NCBI GenBank assembly: GCA_001275005.1
Contig: JWZX01003105.1
Coordinates: 1-38,015 of the forward strand
Direction of reading: 5' to 3'
Length of the DNA: 38,015 bases
From: Chrysochromulina tobinii
Taxonomy: Eukaryota
The notes beneath the pieces are model-generated. The model searched no databases. It saw only the letters and a program-made list of their open reading frames with translations, and had not been told where the DNA came from. Positions 9,285 through 19,400 of this stretch are shown here, piece after piece; position 1 is the stretch's first letter; each line of letters begins with the position of its first letter. The position numbers were made by a program, and so were the translations under genes.

Positions 9285-12272
9285 TTACCTCATCGCATAT
9301 TCCTCCTCGACTTCCATCATAGCCTTCTGCTGGACCTCCGCGATGCCCTCAGGCTCGATCAGCGGCCGCAGTGCAGCCACTCGCCGCGTAGCTTCCTCTG
9401 CTAGTCGTTGCGCAACTGCTGCCTCGGTCGCCGCGCTTTCAGCCGCCGCTTTTGCATCCGCGGCCGCCCGCTCGGCCGCCGTCGCCGCCGTCTCACGCGC
9501 CGTTTTGAGCTCTGCTTGTGCGGCGCGGAGCTGCCGCCCGAGTTCTTCGGCCTGCGCCTGGGCTGCCTGCGCTGCCTGGGTTGCCTGAGCTGCGCGCTCC
9601 GCTTGGACGGTTTGGGCAGCCTGGGCCTCTTCGGCCGCCTGCGCTGCTTCCCGTGCTGCTTGCGCCGCCTGGGCTAGTTGTGCCGCCTGGGCTGCCTCGG
9701 CTGCCTGCGCCGCCTGGGCCGCTCGGGCCGCCTGCGCCGCCTGGGCTGCCTGAGCTGCCTGGGCTGCTTGCACCTCCTGCGCCGCCGCCTGCGCTGCCTG
9801 CGCTGCCTGGGCTGCTTGTGCTGCTTCCTGCGCTGCTCTAGCTGCCTTGTCTGCTTGTGCCGCCGCCGTGCCGTCTTCCTCGGCCATGGCGACCATGAAC
9901 TCTGCCTGGGCTGCTTGTACTGCTTCCTGCGCTGCTCTGGCTGGTTTGTCTGCTTGTCCCGCCGCTATGCCGTCTTCCTCGGCCATGGCGACCATGAACT
10001 CGCCGAAATTGACCTCACCGTCCTTATCAATGTCTGCCGCCATCATCATTTCGTCGATGGTCTTGTCGTCGACATTCTCGTACGTGCTCCGGATGTACTC
10101 CTTGATCTCATCGGCGTTGATTTGGCCGCTCTTGTCGACGTCGATCTTGGCGAACACCACGGCTGTCGGCGCCCCAGCCACCTTTGGCTGCTCCGCTGCG
10201 GCTTCCATGGCCTCCTGCTCCTCAATGGACTCAATGACCTCGCGCGCCACCTCGCGCGCGTCCTCCGGTTGCAATGCCGCCTCAGCTACGAGCCACCCTT
10301 CCAGACGGGCGGCACTCTGCCTGAGCACTTCGGCGAGTTTGGCAGCCCCCTCTCTGGCCACACGGCTGACCGCTGGCGTGACGGTGCGGCTCGTTGTCTC
10401 CGCCGCGCTCCCCGCCACGCTCTCCAAAACCCTGCCACCCTGCTCGAGCGCCTGGCGCGTCTCGGACGGCACCACCTGCTCCCAGCTCCCGGCGCGTGCA
10501 CGATCGAGGGAGCTCGCCACGCCGGCCGCCGCCTCGTCCACCCAGCTAGCGATGGCTCCCGCCACCCGCTCGGCCAGCTGCTCCGTTTCGGACATGGGTC
10601 CACCCACCGCGCCGCTCAGCGCATCGCCTTCCGCAACGGCAGTACCCTCCCCGAGGGCTGTGACGGCTGGTGCGTCCTCCGTCTTCAGACCCTGACCCGT
10701 CGCGTCTACCACTGGAGCGACCTTCGCCGGCAGCCCCGGAACCACCTTCGCTTCGGCTTCGAGCTGCGCATTCCATGCGGCAATCCTTGCGCGTCGCTCC
10801 GCGGCGGTCTCCACTTCCTCCAAATCCGCCTGGAAGCATCCCACAGCGTCACACGGAGCTGTCTCGGGAGCTGGCTTCAAGGCCTCCACAGACGATCGGA
10901 GCTTCTCCTTCGCGGCCTCCAGCGTGTCCTCCAGATCAAACAGCCCCAGACCGCGCGTTTCCGCCAGCGAGGAGGCCAACTGCGTCAGAGGCATTGGCAG
11001 TGGCAGCCTCAGGAATGAAGACGACACGCCGAAGGTCGCCAGTACGCCCGCTGCCACAAAGCTCGCGAGCATCCTCTCCTGTTTGCTCAAGCTTTTGGCG
11101 TCTTGGTGCATGACCCATGGGTTCTGTGCCAAGGCCTGCACCTTTTGCGGAACTTGCTTCAGCTTCTGAGCGACCGCCAATGCAGCGAGGGATGGACTTT
11201 CACCAACGGTCTCGATGGGCGTGAGCTTCTGTGCTCGTGCAAAGAGGCCATGGTCGGGCGGACACTCGAAGTAGCGCACGCCCTCCACAGTGCCGTCGTG
11301 TTTGCCCTTCGGCTCAAGCAGCGCGACGCCCACCCACACGCCCGGGTTGAAGGACGTCTCCCCGATGAAGCGCACGTAGCCCTCATCGCCGAGCTCAGTG
11401 AGCACGCGGTCGCCCACCGACACGGGTTTTCGTGCCTCGGACGTGGCGACGTCGACTGGCAGGGAGCTCCTGAGCGGCGAGGGCTTGGCGCCGTCGAGCC
11501 AGCCCAGGGGCTCCTTGGCGAGGTTGCCGAGGCCCTCGTAGAAGATGGTGGGAGCGTCACGCTTCTCCGCGGGCGACGCGAACTGGCACAGGCCAGAGCC
11601 CAGCGAAGGCGCGGTAGGCGCGTCGCTGTCTGCCACGAAGAGAGTTTCGTCCGCGGTCCGAAGCCCCCATGTGTCAAGAACGGTTGCGGGTGCGTTGGCA
11701 CGTTGGCTGCTCACGCCAGATGACGCCTCTGGAGCCGGTCGTCGAATGGTGATTTGCGGCGGCATCTCCGAAGGTGCTGAGGCGGCAGGTGGTCGTGGAA
11801 TGGTGATATGCGGCCCGGCTGTCGAGCTTGCGGAGGAGACGGCTGTCGGGGCATCCATGCTCATGGGAATGCCTACTTGCGGCACGGGGAAGACGAGGCC
11901 GGCGTCTGACGTCGCGCCTCGATCAGGCAGGCTCCGGAGCTTAGTAGGGAAGACGACGCCCGCGTCCAACTGGATCTTCTTCTGCTGCAGCTCGATCTCT
12001 GCCTCTGTCATCACATCATCCAACTGTGCCAGGCGGTCCAAGAGGCGTGCGAGCTCACTTTGCTCTTCAGCGGTCAGCCCGCCGGTTTCTGCCCGATACT
12101 TGAGCACGTCGAGCCCTTGCGCAACGCGCTCAGTAGCCTCTTTGATCATCTGTGGCGTCATCTTCGGATTGCTCATCAACCGCACGCACGAGCGAGGAGA
12201 CAATCGGTTCGTCACAGAGCGGTACACAACATTCGGTGCTAGGGCCAGCACCAGCACATTCATGACCAACAT
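9285..12272 (-). CDS. Multidomain protein: signal/transit-like N-terminus, CAP-Gly domain, hydrophobic segment, EF-hand pair, AQA-repeat coiled coil (~995 aa)
   Basis: CAP-Gly: VGDRV..GYVRFIGETSFNPGVWVGVALLEPKGKHDGTVEGVRYFECPPDHGLF (~11235-11420). EF loops DVDKSGQINADE and DIDKDGEVNFGE (~10000-10150). Start uncertain (ATGs at 12272/12263 or further upstream). Confidence 0.85.
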   Translation of the reverse strand: MLVMNVLVLALAPNVVYRSVTNRLSPRSCVRLMSNPKMTPQMIKEATERVAQGLDVLKYRAETGGLTAEEQSELARLLDRLAQLDDVMTEAEIELQQKKIQLDAGVVFPTKLRSLPDRGATSDAGLVFPVPQVGIPMSMDAPTAVSSASSTAGPHITIPRPPAASAPSEMPPQITIRRPAPEASSGVSSQRANAPATVLDTWGLRTADETLFVADSDAPTAPSLGSGLCQFASPAEKRDAPTIFYEGLGNLAKEPLGWLDGAKPSPLRSSLPVDVATSEARKPVSVGDRVLTELGDEGYVRFIGETSFNPGVWVGVALLEPKGKHDGTVEGVRYFECPPDHGLFARAQKLTPIETVGESPSLAALAVAQKLKQVPQKVQALAQNPWVMHQDAKSLSKQERMLASFVAAGVLATFGVSSSFLRLPLPMPLTQLASSLAETRGLGLFDLEDTLEAAKEKLRSSVEALKPAPETAPCDAVGCFQADLEEVETAAERRARIAAWNAQLEAEAKVVPGLPAKVAPVVDATGQGLKTEDAPAVTALGEGTAVAEGDALSGAVGGPMSETEQLAERVAGAIASWVDEAAAGVASSLDRARAGSWEQVVPSETRQALEQGGRVLESVAGSAAETTSRTVTPAVSRVAREGAAKLAEVLRQSAARLEGWLVAEAALQPEDAREVAREVIESIEEQEAMEAAAEQPKVAGAPTAVVFAKIDVDKSGQINADEIKEYIRSTYENVDDKTIDEMMMAADIDKDGEVNFGEFMVAMAEEDGIAAGQADKPARAAQEAVQAAQAEFMVAMAEEDGTAAAQADKAARAAQEAAQAAQAAQAAQAAAQEVQAAQAAQAAQAAQAARAAQAAQAAEAAQAAQLAQAAQAAREAAQAAEEAQAAQTVQAERAAQATQAAQAAQAQAEELGRQLRAAQAELKTARETAATAAERAAADAKAAAESAATEAAVAQRLAEEATRRVAALRPLIEPEGIAEVQQKAMMEVEEEYAMR
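9540..10001 (-). repeat. Coding repeats: (AQA)n 9-bp degenerate array plus a 99-bp tandem duplication
   Basis: CCGTCTTCCTCGGCCATGGCGACCATGAACTC occurs at 9871 and 9970 (period 99), giving EFMVAMAEEDG twice; followed by many AAQ/AQA units. Confidence 0.9.
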
Positions 12273-12734
12273 GAGCACGTTCGAGAGGTGTCTTTGTGCA
12301 GAGCTTCTCCGATGAGGAGAGAAGAAAGAAGGCGCCAGAGATAAAATCCCCAAGATCCAGACGTGCATTTCGTCCGCTAGCTGTATCGTCGATGTCCCCC
12401 ACGCGAACCACATACCGTATCAAAGGAAACAGAAAACCGCACTCAGAGGTCAACACAAGAGTACTCGACGGTGGACTCGCTGACGCCTAATAGTAATCAT
12501 TTTAAATGGCAGCACGCGAAGCCCCATGGGACAGATAAAAGTTAGCAAGCACGCTGCTTCGAGCGCTGGCCCCTGCGCCCTGGCCGCTGCTCGTTTCCAC
12601 GTTTGTGAAACTCCCGGCGCGCAGTCGACGCGCAGCGTCAAACGCGTTACATCCTGTGGTCCCGCTAACTGTGACAGTGCTACGTGGTAAGATTGGCGTA
12701 TAGGACAGCATGGCATGGTGCGAGCCCGCGCGAG

Positions 12735-13505
12735 TCAGCCCTCGAGACGCCAGGGCAGGTACGCGAACTCCCGGTGCGCCTCCAGCGGAAGCTGCAGCAC
12801 CTCCTCGCCCATGCCTATCGAGTGCAGCCTCGTCGTGACGCTCGAAGGCGCCCCTAAGCGCGCCGCGGCGGCGAGCGATGCAGCGGCGCTGAGGATGCGG
12901 CTGCCACCGCCACCGGCTGGGTACGGGTACGTGCCTTGGAAGGTGGTGCATGGCGCGTCAGTAGACCAGGCCGCGTTCGAGGCCACATCGAGCAGCGAGC
13001 GGTGCGCGAACGGCGCTATGATGGGCGCCGCAGACCCCCCGGGCGCCCAGGCATTGCTCATCGGCGGTGGAGCGTACGCCTGCGGTGGTGGCGGCGACGC
13101 TGTGGGCGGCGCTGCCGGTGGTGGCGGCGCCGTCGGCTGGTTCTCGGAGGCGAGGGCGAGCCGCGCAAGGGTGAGACTAGCCCTGAGTGTGCGAGGTGTC
13201 CCTCCCAGACTGCACGCAAGCCTGCGGCGGCCATGGCGTCGTCGAAGGCGTCGGCGGTACGCGAGGAGGCCGCCTCACGGATGGAGTCGGCCGCCTGCTC
13301 CAGACGGCGCTCGCGCTCGAAGATCTCGTCCGCGCGCTCGCGAAGCAGCGCCTCGCGCTCGGAACGGCGCGCCAGGTGCCGCTCGTAGTGGGCAGCGAGC
13401 GCGGCGCGCTGACGCGCAAGAGCAGGCCGGTCGGCGGTCGCGGCGGTGGCGTTCGCGCCGGCGAAATGATACGCCGCACCCATGAGCGTGCGTACCTCGC
13501 TCATG
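12735..13505 (-). CDS. Coding-like segment, probably the frameshifted 3' part of the RING gene or a separate hypothetical gene
   Basis: Frame 13058..13615 gives a charged helical stretch (ARRSEREALLRERADEIFERERRLEQAAD). Near 13188 the protein-like reading moves to frame 12735..13061 (LRASLTLARLALASENQP...HREFAYLPWRLEG*). Confidence 0.45.
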
Positions 13506-13508
13506 TGG

Positions 13509-14400
13509 TCAACCTCGTCCGTATGCGAGGGGGCGGTGGGCTGAGCGGAAGAGCGGGCGCGCAGCGCGCCGCTCCTCCATCGTGGCAGCCCAGGCGCGAC
13601 GGCCGCTGCGCGCATACGGCTGCAGGGCGGCCAGGGATTCGGCCCATGGGGGGACGCGGTCGGTGGCGCGGCTGATGCCGCCGGCGAGCTGTCCAGCCGC
13701 TAGGGGCCCTGGCCCGATGGGGGGCTCGGCGTGCGCAGGCGGCGGCGTGGGCTCAGCGAGGGGCGTCCGGCAGATGGGGCAGGTACCGCGGCAGTCGCGC
13801 AACCACGGGAGTAGGCACGCCTCGTGGAATGCGTGCGAGCACCGTGGCAGCCGCGCCACCGGCGCCGCCTCGAGGCAGTTGAGGTCGTCCAGGCAGATGG
13901 CGCACGTCGCCGTCGCATCGGGCTCTTCAACGCGCTCGAGCGTGGCGAGGGCCCGCGCGTCGGCGGGCGAGGCGCCGCCGCTCATTAGGCCGGCAGTGGT
14001 CGCCTCTAGCAGCCGCGCAAGCCCGTCGCTCGAGCCCGGACAGAGCGCGGCAGCAATGCCGTCGATCACCGTTGACCGCTCGGGGAGGCTTGACGAGAAG
14101 GAGAGGGCGAAGCGTCTCGTGCGTCGACGGTCGTGTCGCTCGCCTGGTCATACGGAGGTCGGGGCGTGGCTGTGAGCTGGGCGTGTGCGGTGTGCGCGCG
14201 AGTCGCGTGCGCTCTTTTGGGGGGATGCCCGCTCCTCAGATTGGGCACGGCAGGTGCTGGGTTCGGTGCGGAGGTCCACCTGCGGTCGCGGCGAGGGAGC
14301 GGCCGTACTGTATGTAGGCTTGGCGCGTCGTCGTCGGCAAGGCGCCGCTTGCTCCTTCGGTTGGAGGGGGCGCACCGTCTCCTCCGTTGGGCGGCTCCAT
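13509..14400 (-). CDS. RING-H2 finger protein (putative E3 ubiquitin ligase); join(14400..14280,14143..13509)
   Basis: CAIC-x15-CSHAFHEAC-x10-CPICR RING-H2 pattern. The upstream exon MEPPNGG.. joins by phase-1 intron 14279..14144 (G|GTGGAC ... CTCAC ... GACCAG|GC). Confidence 0.8.
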
Positions 14401-14429
14401 TGGCGTATGGGGGGCAAAGAGGAGGAGCC

Positions 14430-14462
14430 TCGCCGAGCTAGCCGCACTCGCGTTCCCGTCCA
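14430..14462 (+). promoter_or_regulatory. Conserved histone upstream element (H2B copy)
   Basis: TCGCCGAGCTAGCCGCACTCGCGTTCCCGTCCA, 61 nt upstream of the H2B ATG; 31/33 identical to the H2A copy; preceded in both genes by GGGGGCAAA. Confidence 0.8.
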
Positions 14463-14523
14463 ATTTTTTATGTCAACCCCAAGAGGACGTTAGCCAGAAG
14501 AGCACAATCAAACTCAATCAAAC

Positions 14524-14886
14524 ATGCCGCCCGCAAAGAAGACCCCCGCAAAGAAGTCCGAGAAGAAGCCCAAGGCGACGGGCGAGAAGAAGAAGAAGAA
14601 GAAGAGGACTGAGTCGTACTCCTCGTACATCTACAAGGTGCTCAAGCAGGTGCACCCGGACACCGGCATCTCGTCCAAGGCCATGTCGATCATGAACTCG
14701 TTCATCAACGACGCCTTCGAGCGCATCGCCGTTGAGGCGGGCAAGCTCGTGCGCTACAACAAGAAGGGCACCCTGTCCTCGCGCGAGATCCAGACCGCTG
14801 TGCGCCTCATCCTCCCTGGTGAGCTCGCCAAGCACGCCGTCTCGGAGGGCACCAAGGCCGTCACCAAGTACACGTCCAACGCTTAA
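14524..14886 (+). CDS. H2B: Histone H2B (intronless, 120 aa)
   Basis: [73 protein letters not shown]. Confidence 0.99.
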   Translation: MPPAKKTPAKKSEKKPKATGEKKKKKKRTESYSSYIYKVLKQVHPDTGISSKAMSIMNSFINDAFERIAVEAGKLVRYNKKGTLSSREIQTAVRLILPGELAKHAVSEGTKAVTKYTSNA

Positions 14887-14920
14887 GCGTCCGACGGATC
14901 AAGCGCTCAGCGCTCACTAT

Positions 14921-14947
14921 ACCCCGGTGTTTTTTAACACCACCCAT
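14921..14947 (+). promoter_or_regulatory. Histone mRNA 3' stem-loop element (H2B)
   Basis: ACCCC-GGTGTT-TTTT-AACACC-ACCCAT; stem at 14926..14941, 39 nt after the stop. Confidence 0.9.
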
Positions 14948-15159
14948 CCCTTCCGAGAACGCCCCATACACAAGTACTAAGTAGTCAATAGTAGTAGCAG
15001 ATGCACCAGTGAGAGTGAGAAAGGAGCCGAGGGGTTCAATGTTAGCATGAGCAATTTCAGTCGCTTTGACGTGGGGTTCAGTCAACCCTGAGAGCGATCC
15101 GCTCATATCTTTTAGTTACACACGCAACTCGTGAACCCGAACTTCTGAACAAAGTGAAC

Positions 15160-16296
15160 ATGCATGTCACCAGCACCGCCGACTGCGCCCCGACGCCGCC
15201 GCACCTGCACTTGATCGCCTTCTTCATCGTGTCGAGCCCGCTGTGCATCTGTGCGTACGCGGTCACTGACTCGGCAGCTGTCGTCGCCGCTTGCGCGGCG
15301 CTCGTGGGTTTGCCTCGCTTGCTCTGTGCGCTCACATCGCCGGCAGCGCACACGGCAGCGCATACGGCGGCGCTGGCTGTGTATTGGAATCTGGTCATGG
15401 CGATCTGCTTCCTCTCGCCGATTTTCCTCGGCCTCGCGTGCTACGCGAGGCCGCCGCTCTGTGCCTGCGTCGTCGCGTGGCTCGTGTGGACCAAGGTCGT
15501 GCACCGGCCAGAGATGAAAGGTGAGGCGGCGCCGTGGCGCGAGTTTGCCGAGTGCGAGTGGGGCTACCACGCGTTCCGGCGCTTCCTCTCGTTGCGCCTG
15601 CACATCGACGACGCGCTGCGCGCGCGGCCTCCCGAGCAGCCCGTCATCATCGGAGTTCATCCGCACGGCATCGCGTCCGACTACCGGATTCTGATGGACG
15701 GCATGCTATACAGCGCGCTGCCGGGCAGGCCGGTGCTCACGCTCGCCGCGTCGGTGCTCTTCCACCTGCCCCTCGTGCGCGAGCTGTGCGTGTGGACGCG
15801 CTGCATCGACGCCTCCAAGCCCGTCGCCGAGCGCGCTCTCCGAAAGCGCAACTCCCTCATGATCATCGTCGGTGGCGAAGCGGAGCAGATTGGCACGCGC
15901 TACGGCATCGAGGAGGTCGTGCTGCAGAATCGTTACGGGTTCGTCAAGCTCGCGCTCGCGCACGGCTGCGCCCTCGTGCCCGTCTACTGCTTCGGCTGCG
16001 TCGACTGCTACTGGACGTGGTCGAATGTGCTCCGCGGGCCGCGCGAGGCGCTGCGCAAGCGGCTGGGCGTGTGCCTGCCCCTTTACGCGGGCTCGTTTGG
16101 AGTGCTGCCGCTGCGCGTGCCGCTCGATATGGTCTTCGGCGCGCCGCTCGAGCTCACGCCGCCCGTGACGCCCGGCAAGCCGACGGAGGAGGAGGTTGCC
16201 ATGGCGCACGCACAGTACATCGCGGCGCTCGTGGCGCTCTTCAACCAGCATAAGTCGGCGTTCGGGTACGACGAACGCGAGCTGAGCGTGAAGTGA
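15160..16296 (+). CDS. DGAT2: Diacylglycerol/monoacylglycerol acyltransferase (DGAT2/MOGAT, DAGAT family), ~378 aa
   Basis: GVHPHG catalytic motif, IIVGGEAE, RYGFVKLAL..G..LVPVYCFG, VFGAPL, and a hydrophobic N-terminus. The family is clear; substrate specificity cannot be determined from sequence. Confidence 0.9.
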   Translation: MHVTSTADCAPTPPHLHLIAFFIVSSPLCICAYAVTDSAAVVAACAALVGLPRLLCALTSPAAHTAAHTAALAVYWNLVMAICFLSPIFLGLACYARPPLCACVVAWLVWTKVVHRPEMKGEAAPWREFAECEWGYHAFRRFLSLRLHIDDALRARPPEQPVIIGVHPHGIASDYRILMDGMLYSALPGRPVLTLAASVLFHLPLVRELCVWTRCIDASKPVAERALRKRNSLMIIVGGEAEQIGTRYGIEEVVLQNRYGFVKLALAHGCALVPVYCFGCVDCYWTWSNVLRGPREALRKRLGVCLPLYAGSFGVLPLRVPLDMVFGAPLELTPPVTPGKPTEEEVAMAHAQYIAALVALFNQHKSAFGYDERELSVK

Positions 16297-16444
16297 TTGT
16301 ACAGGCTACTGTGTTTGTGAAACGGTAGCGAGTGGGGACCGCGGCGCGAGCGCCGCGCTGACGCCCGGGTACGGTACGGCGATGACAACGTGATTTGCTG
16401 ATTTCTGATTTGCGCGTGCTCTCGAAGGCGCGACGTTGCGAAGA

Positions 16445-19400
16445 ATGGCGACACACTTGCCTCCTCCGCCCTCTGGCTTCCTCAGCTTCGACGACGAGGA
16501 GGACTTCGACCCGCTCGAGTCGTACGACCCAGATCCAGAAAATGAACCCGCAATGCCGGCCGCCAGCGGCCCCGACGTTGCCGCCGACGCCGCCGCGCTG
16601 CTGAAGAAGGCGACGCACAGCAACGGCATGCTGTCCACGTACGACGATGACAAAACGTACAAGGATCGTGTGCACAGGGCGCGCGTCGCCGGCGACTTCC
16701 AGTATCTGCGCAAGCGCGCCGAGGACGCCAGTGAGGCGGCCTCTGTCGCGCAGCGCAACGAGCGCACACAAGGCGAGCGGTATGAAGAGTTGCGCAATCG
16801 CTCGGCCGAGGCGGAGGCGGAGGTGGAGCGGCTGACGGATTTGGGCAAAACGCAGCCCAACATAGGCGCGCAGCAGGCCGCGCACAGTCGCCTCGCCGAC
16901 GCGCTCGGCGCCGAGCGTGCGCAGGCCGAGACGATGAGCCGCGCGGTGGCGGCGGCGCGTGCGGCCGAGGTGGAGCGCGACGCAGTGCTGCTGGAGCTCA
17001 CGCACAAGCGACGCGAACACGAGGGGCTCGAGCACACGACGCACGCGGAGGAGTCCATGCAGCAACTCGCCGCGCCCGGGCGCGCCGCACGCGAGCGCGC
17101 CGCGGCCGAGCGCATAGTCAAAGGCTCGCGCGACGCAGAGGAGCGCGCCAAGGCCGCGGAGCATGTCCGCCAGCAGCAGGCGCGCTCGCAGCTCGAGCAG
17201 GCGCGCGCGGGGCACAAGCGCGCGGTGCTCTCGCTGCGAGAGCGCGTCGCCAAGGAGCGCGAGGGTGCTGACGAAATCGCCGAGGGCTACCGCCAGCGCA
17301 ACGACGAGCGCGCGGTGGCTGTCATGGAGCTCAAAGAATCGACCGCGGCCATCTCGGCTCAGATGCGCGCGGCGAATGCGAAGCGCGCGGAGCGGCAGGC
17401 GGAGGTGGAGCGGTCGCGCCAGGCCGAGAAGGCCGCGATCCTCGCCGCGGGCGGCAACCCGTACATGGTCTTCCGCCAGCGAGAGGAGGAGGCACGGCTG
17501 GCGCGCGAGCGAGCGAAGATGGAGAGGCAGCTCGACGCCAACATGACCGAATTGCAGGGGACCATCTTGCAGGGGTACAAGGAGGAGGCGGAGAAGCGCG
17601 ACAAGGCGAAGACCTCCAGGGAAATGATCGAGGCCAAGGCCAAGGCCATCTCGTCCAACGGCAAGGCGCAGTCCAACACCAAGTTCATGTTCGAGAACAC
17701 GAAGGCCAAGGTGTCTGTGATCGACCCGACCTCCAAACTGGACCACATCAACCCGTCGCAGCACATGACAGTCAAGAGTCGGCCCGACTGGAAGATGGGG
17801 CTCACGACTGCCGAGGCGGGCGTCGACAACCTCGGCATGGGCTCCGGCAACACAAAGTACGGTGGCAAGATCGTGGTCGATCCTGACGTGGTGGACTACT
17901 ATGCGGAGAAGTATCCGGAGGTGACCGCCGAGATGATGGCCAAGGCGGAGGTCAAGGTCGCCAAGGCGCGCGCGGCGGGCGTGCCACCGGGCGGCCACAA
18001 GACGGCGATCGCCCTGCCCGAGCCCACGGCCGCCACGGTGCGGCTCATGGCCGCCGAGGCGAGCGCGCGCCACGAGGCGGTCGATGAGCTACTCGAGCCC
18101 GAGGCGGAGGGCCTCTGGGAAAGTGCGGTGGACGGCGTCGAAGGGCCCCTTCGGCCCTCCAAGGGCGCCAAGGAGAATGCTTTCGGGCTGCGCGAGCTGT
18201 CCACCCTCGAGAAGCGCTACATGGCCGAGGCGCAGGCGCGCCAGAAGCCCAACCAGATCATCCCACAGGTAGTTGGCGGCAAGACGTGGTCGGGTCCCGC
18301 GTTCATCTGCAAGCCGAACGTGATCCTCTTTGCGGACTTTGATGTGGGCAAGACGTACGAAATCAAGTTCACGCTCACAAATGTCTCGTACACGTTCAAC
18401 GCCTTCCGGCCGGCGGCGCTGCCCGACGCGGTCGCCTCCTTTTTCGAGCTCTCGCACGTACCGCCGGGGCGCATGTCCGCGGGCGTCACGGCGGACCTGT
18501 TCATCAAGTTCTCGCCCAAGATCAACCAGGACATTGAGAGCGAGATCACCTTCAACACCGCGACCGGCCCGATGACGGTGCCTCTCAAGGCGACGACCAA
18601 GAAGGCCAAGATCGCACTCGCCACGCCCACGATCGACTTTGGCGCGGTGGTGATGGGGGAGACGCGCCGGCTGCCCCTCACCTTTGTCAACGGTGGCGCC
18701 CTCGACTGCCCCCTCACGATCTCGACGCTGCATGCGACGATGCCGACGGACCCGCCGGCCGACGGCGAAGCGATCGGCGGCGAGGAGCCGGCGCCGCTAC
18801 CTCCGCTCTTCACCTTCGATGCCGGCGTCGAGCAAACCGTCGTCAAGGGGTACGACACGACGACGATCATGCTCACCTTTGCGCCTCGCCAGCCGGGCGA
18901 CGCAGCGACGCTCTTCAAGCTCGGCTATGGGCCCGCGCAGCCGGACGACGAGATCTCGGTGCACGGGCTCGGTGTGGCCGTACCCATTTACGTCGAGCGC
19001 GACACGATCGACCTGCTCACCTGCTGCTACGACGGGCTGTACCGCGAGTCGGTCGTGCTGCACAACCGCTCCAAGACTGCGCTCAAGGTGAACGTGCTCG
19101 TGCCCCGTCCGCTCAAGGGGTACCTCGAGTTCGTGCCCTCGACGGGCTTTGTGCAGGCGCGCTCGCCCTTCGCCGTGAGCCTCAAGCTGCGTGCGAACCC
19201 GGACATTTTGAAGACGTGCGAGCAGTACATCACGGACGAGGTACTCTCGATCCCGATCAGTGTGAGCGTGCCCGAACAAGTGCTGCCGGTCTCCTTTATG
19301 CTGCGCGCACAGCTGACCGACCCTACGCTCCGCTTCGAGCGCGATGGGCTCGAGGTGAGCACGCTCCACTTTGGCTCGTGCCCGCTCAACGCGAGCCGCA

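Noticed and set aside
12531..12578. U6 snRNA-like words (ACAGA..TTAGCA..TGGCCCCTGCGC)
   Set aside because: The ACAGAGA box is imperfect, 19 extra nt split the match, and the following AAGGATGA and 3' stem are absent; probably chance.
16241..18073. 610-aa antisense ORF, and many other long shadow ORFs such as 9678..11018, 20519..21703 and 33266..34351
   Set aside because: They lie opposite or out of frame to clear genes, are Arg/Gly/Ala-rich without motifs, and are expected from high GC3 codon bias.
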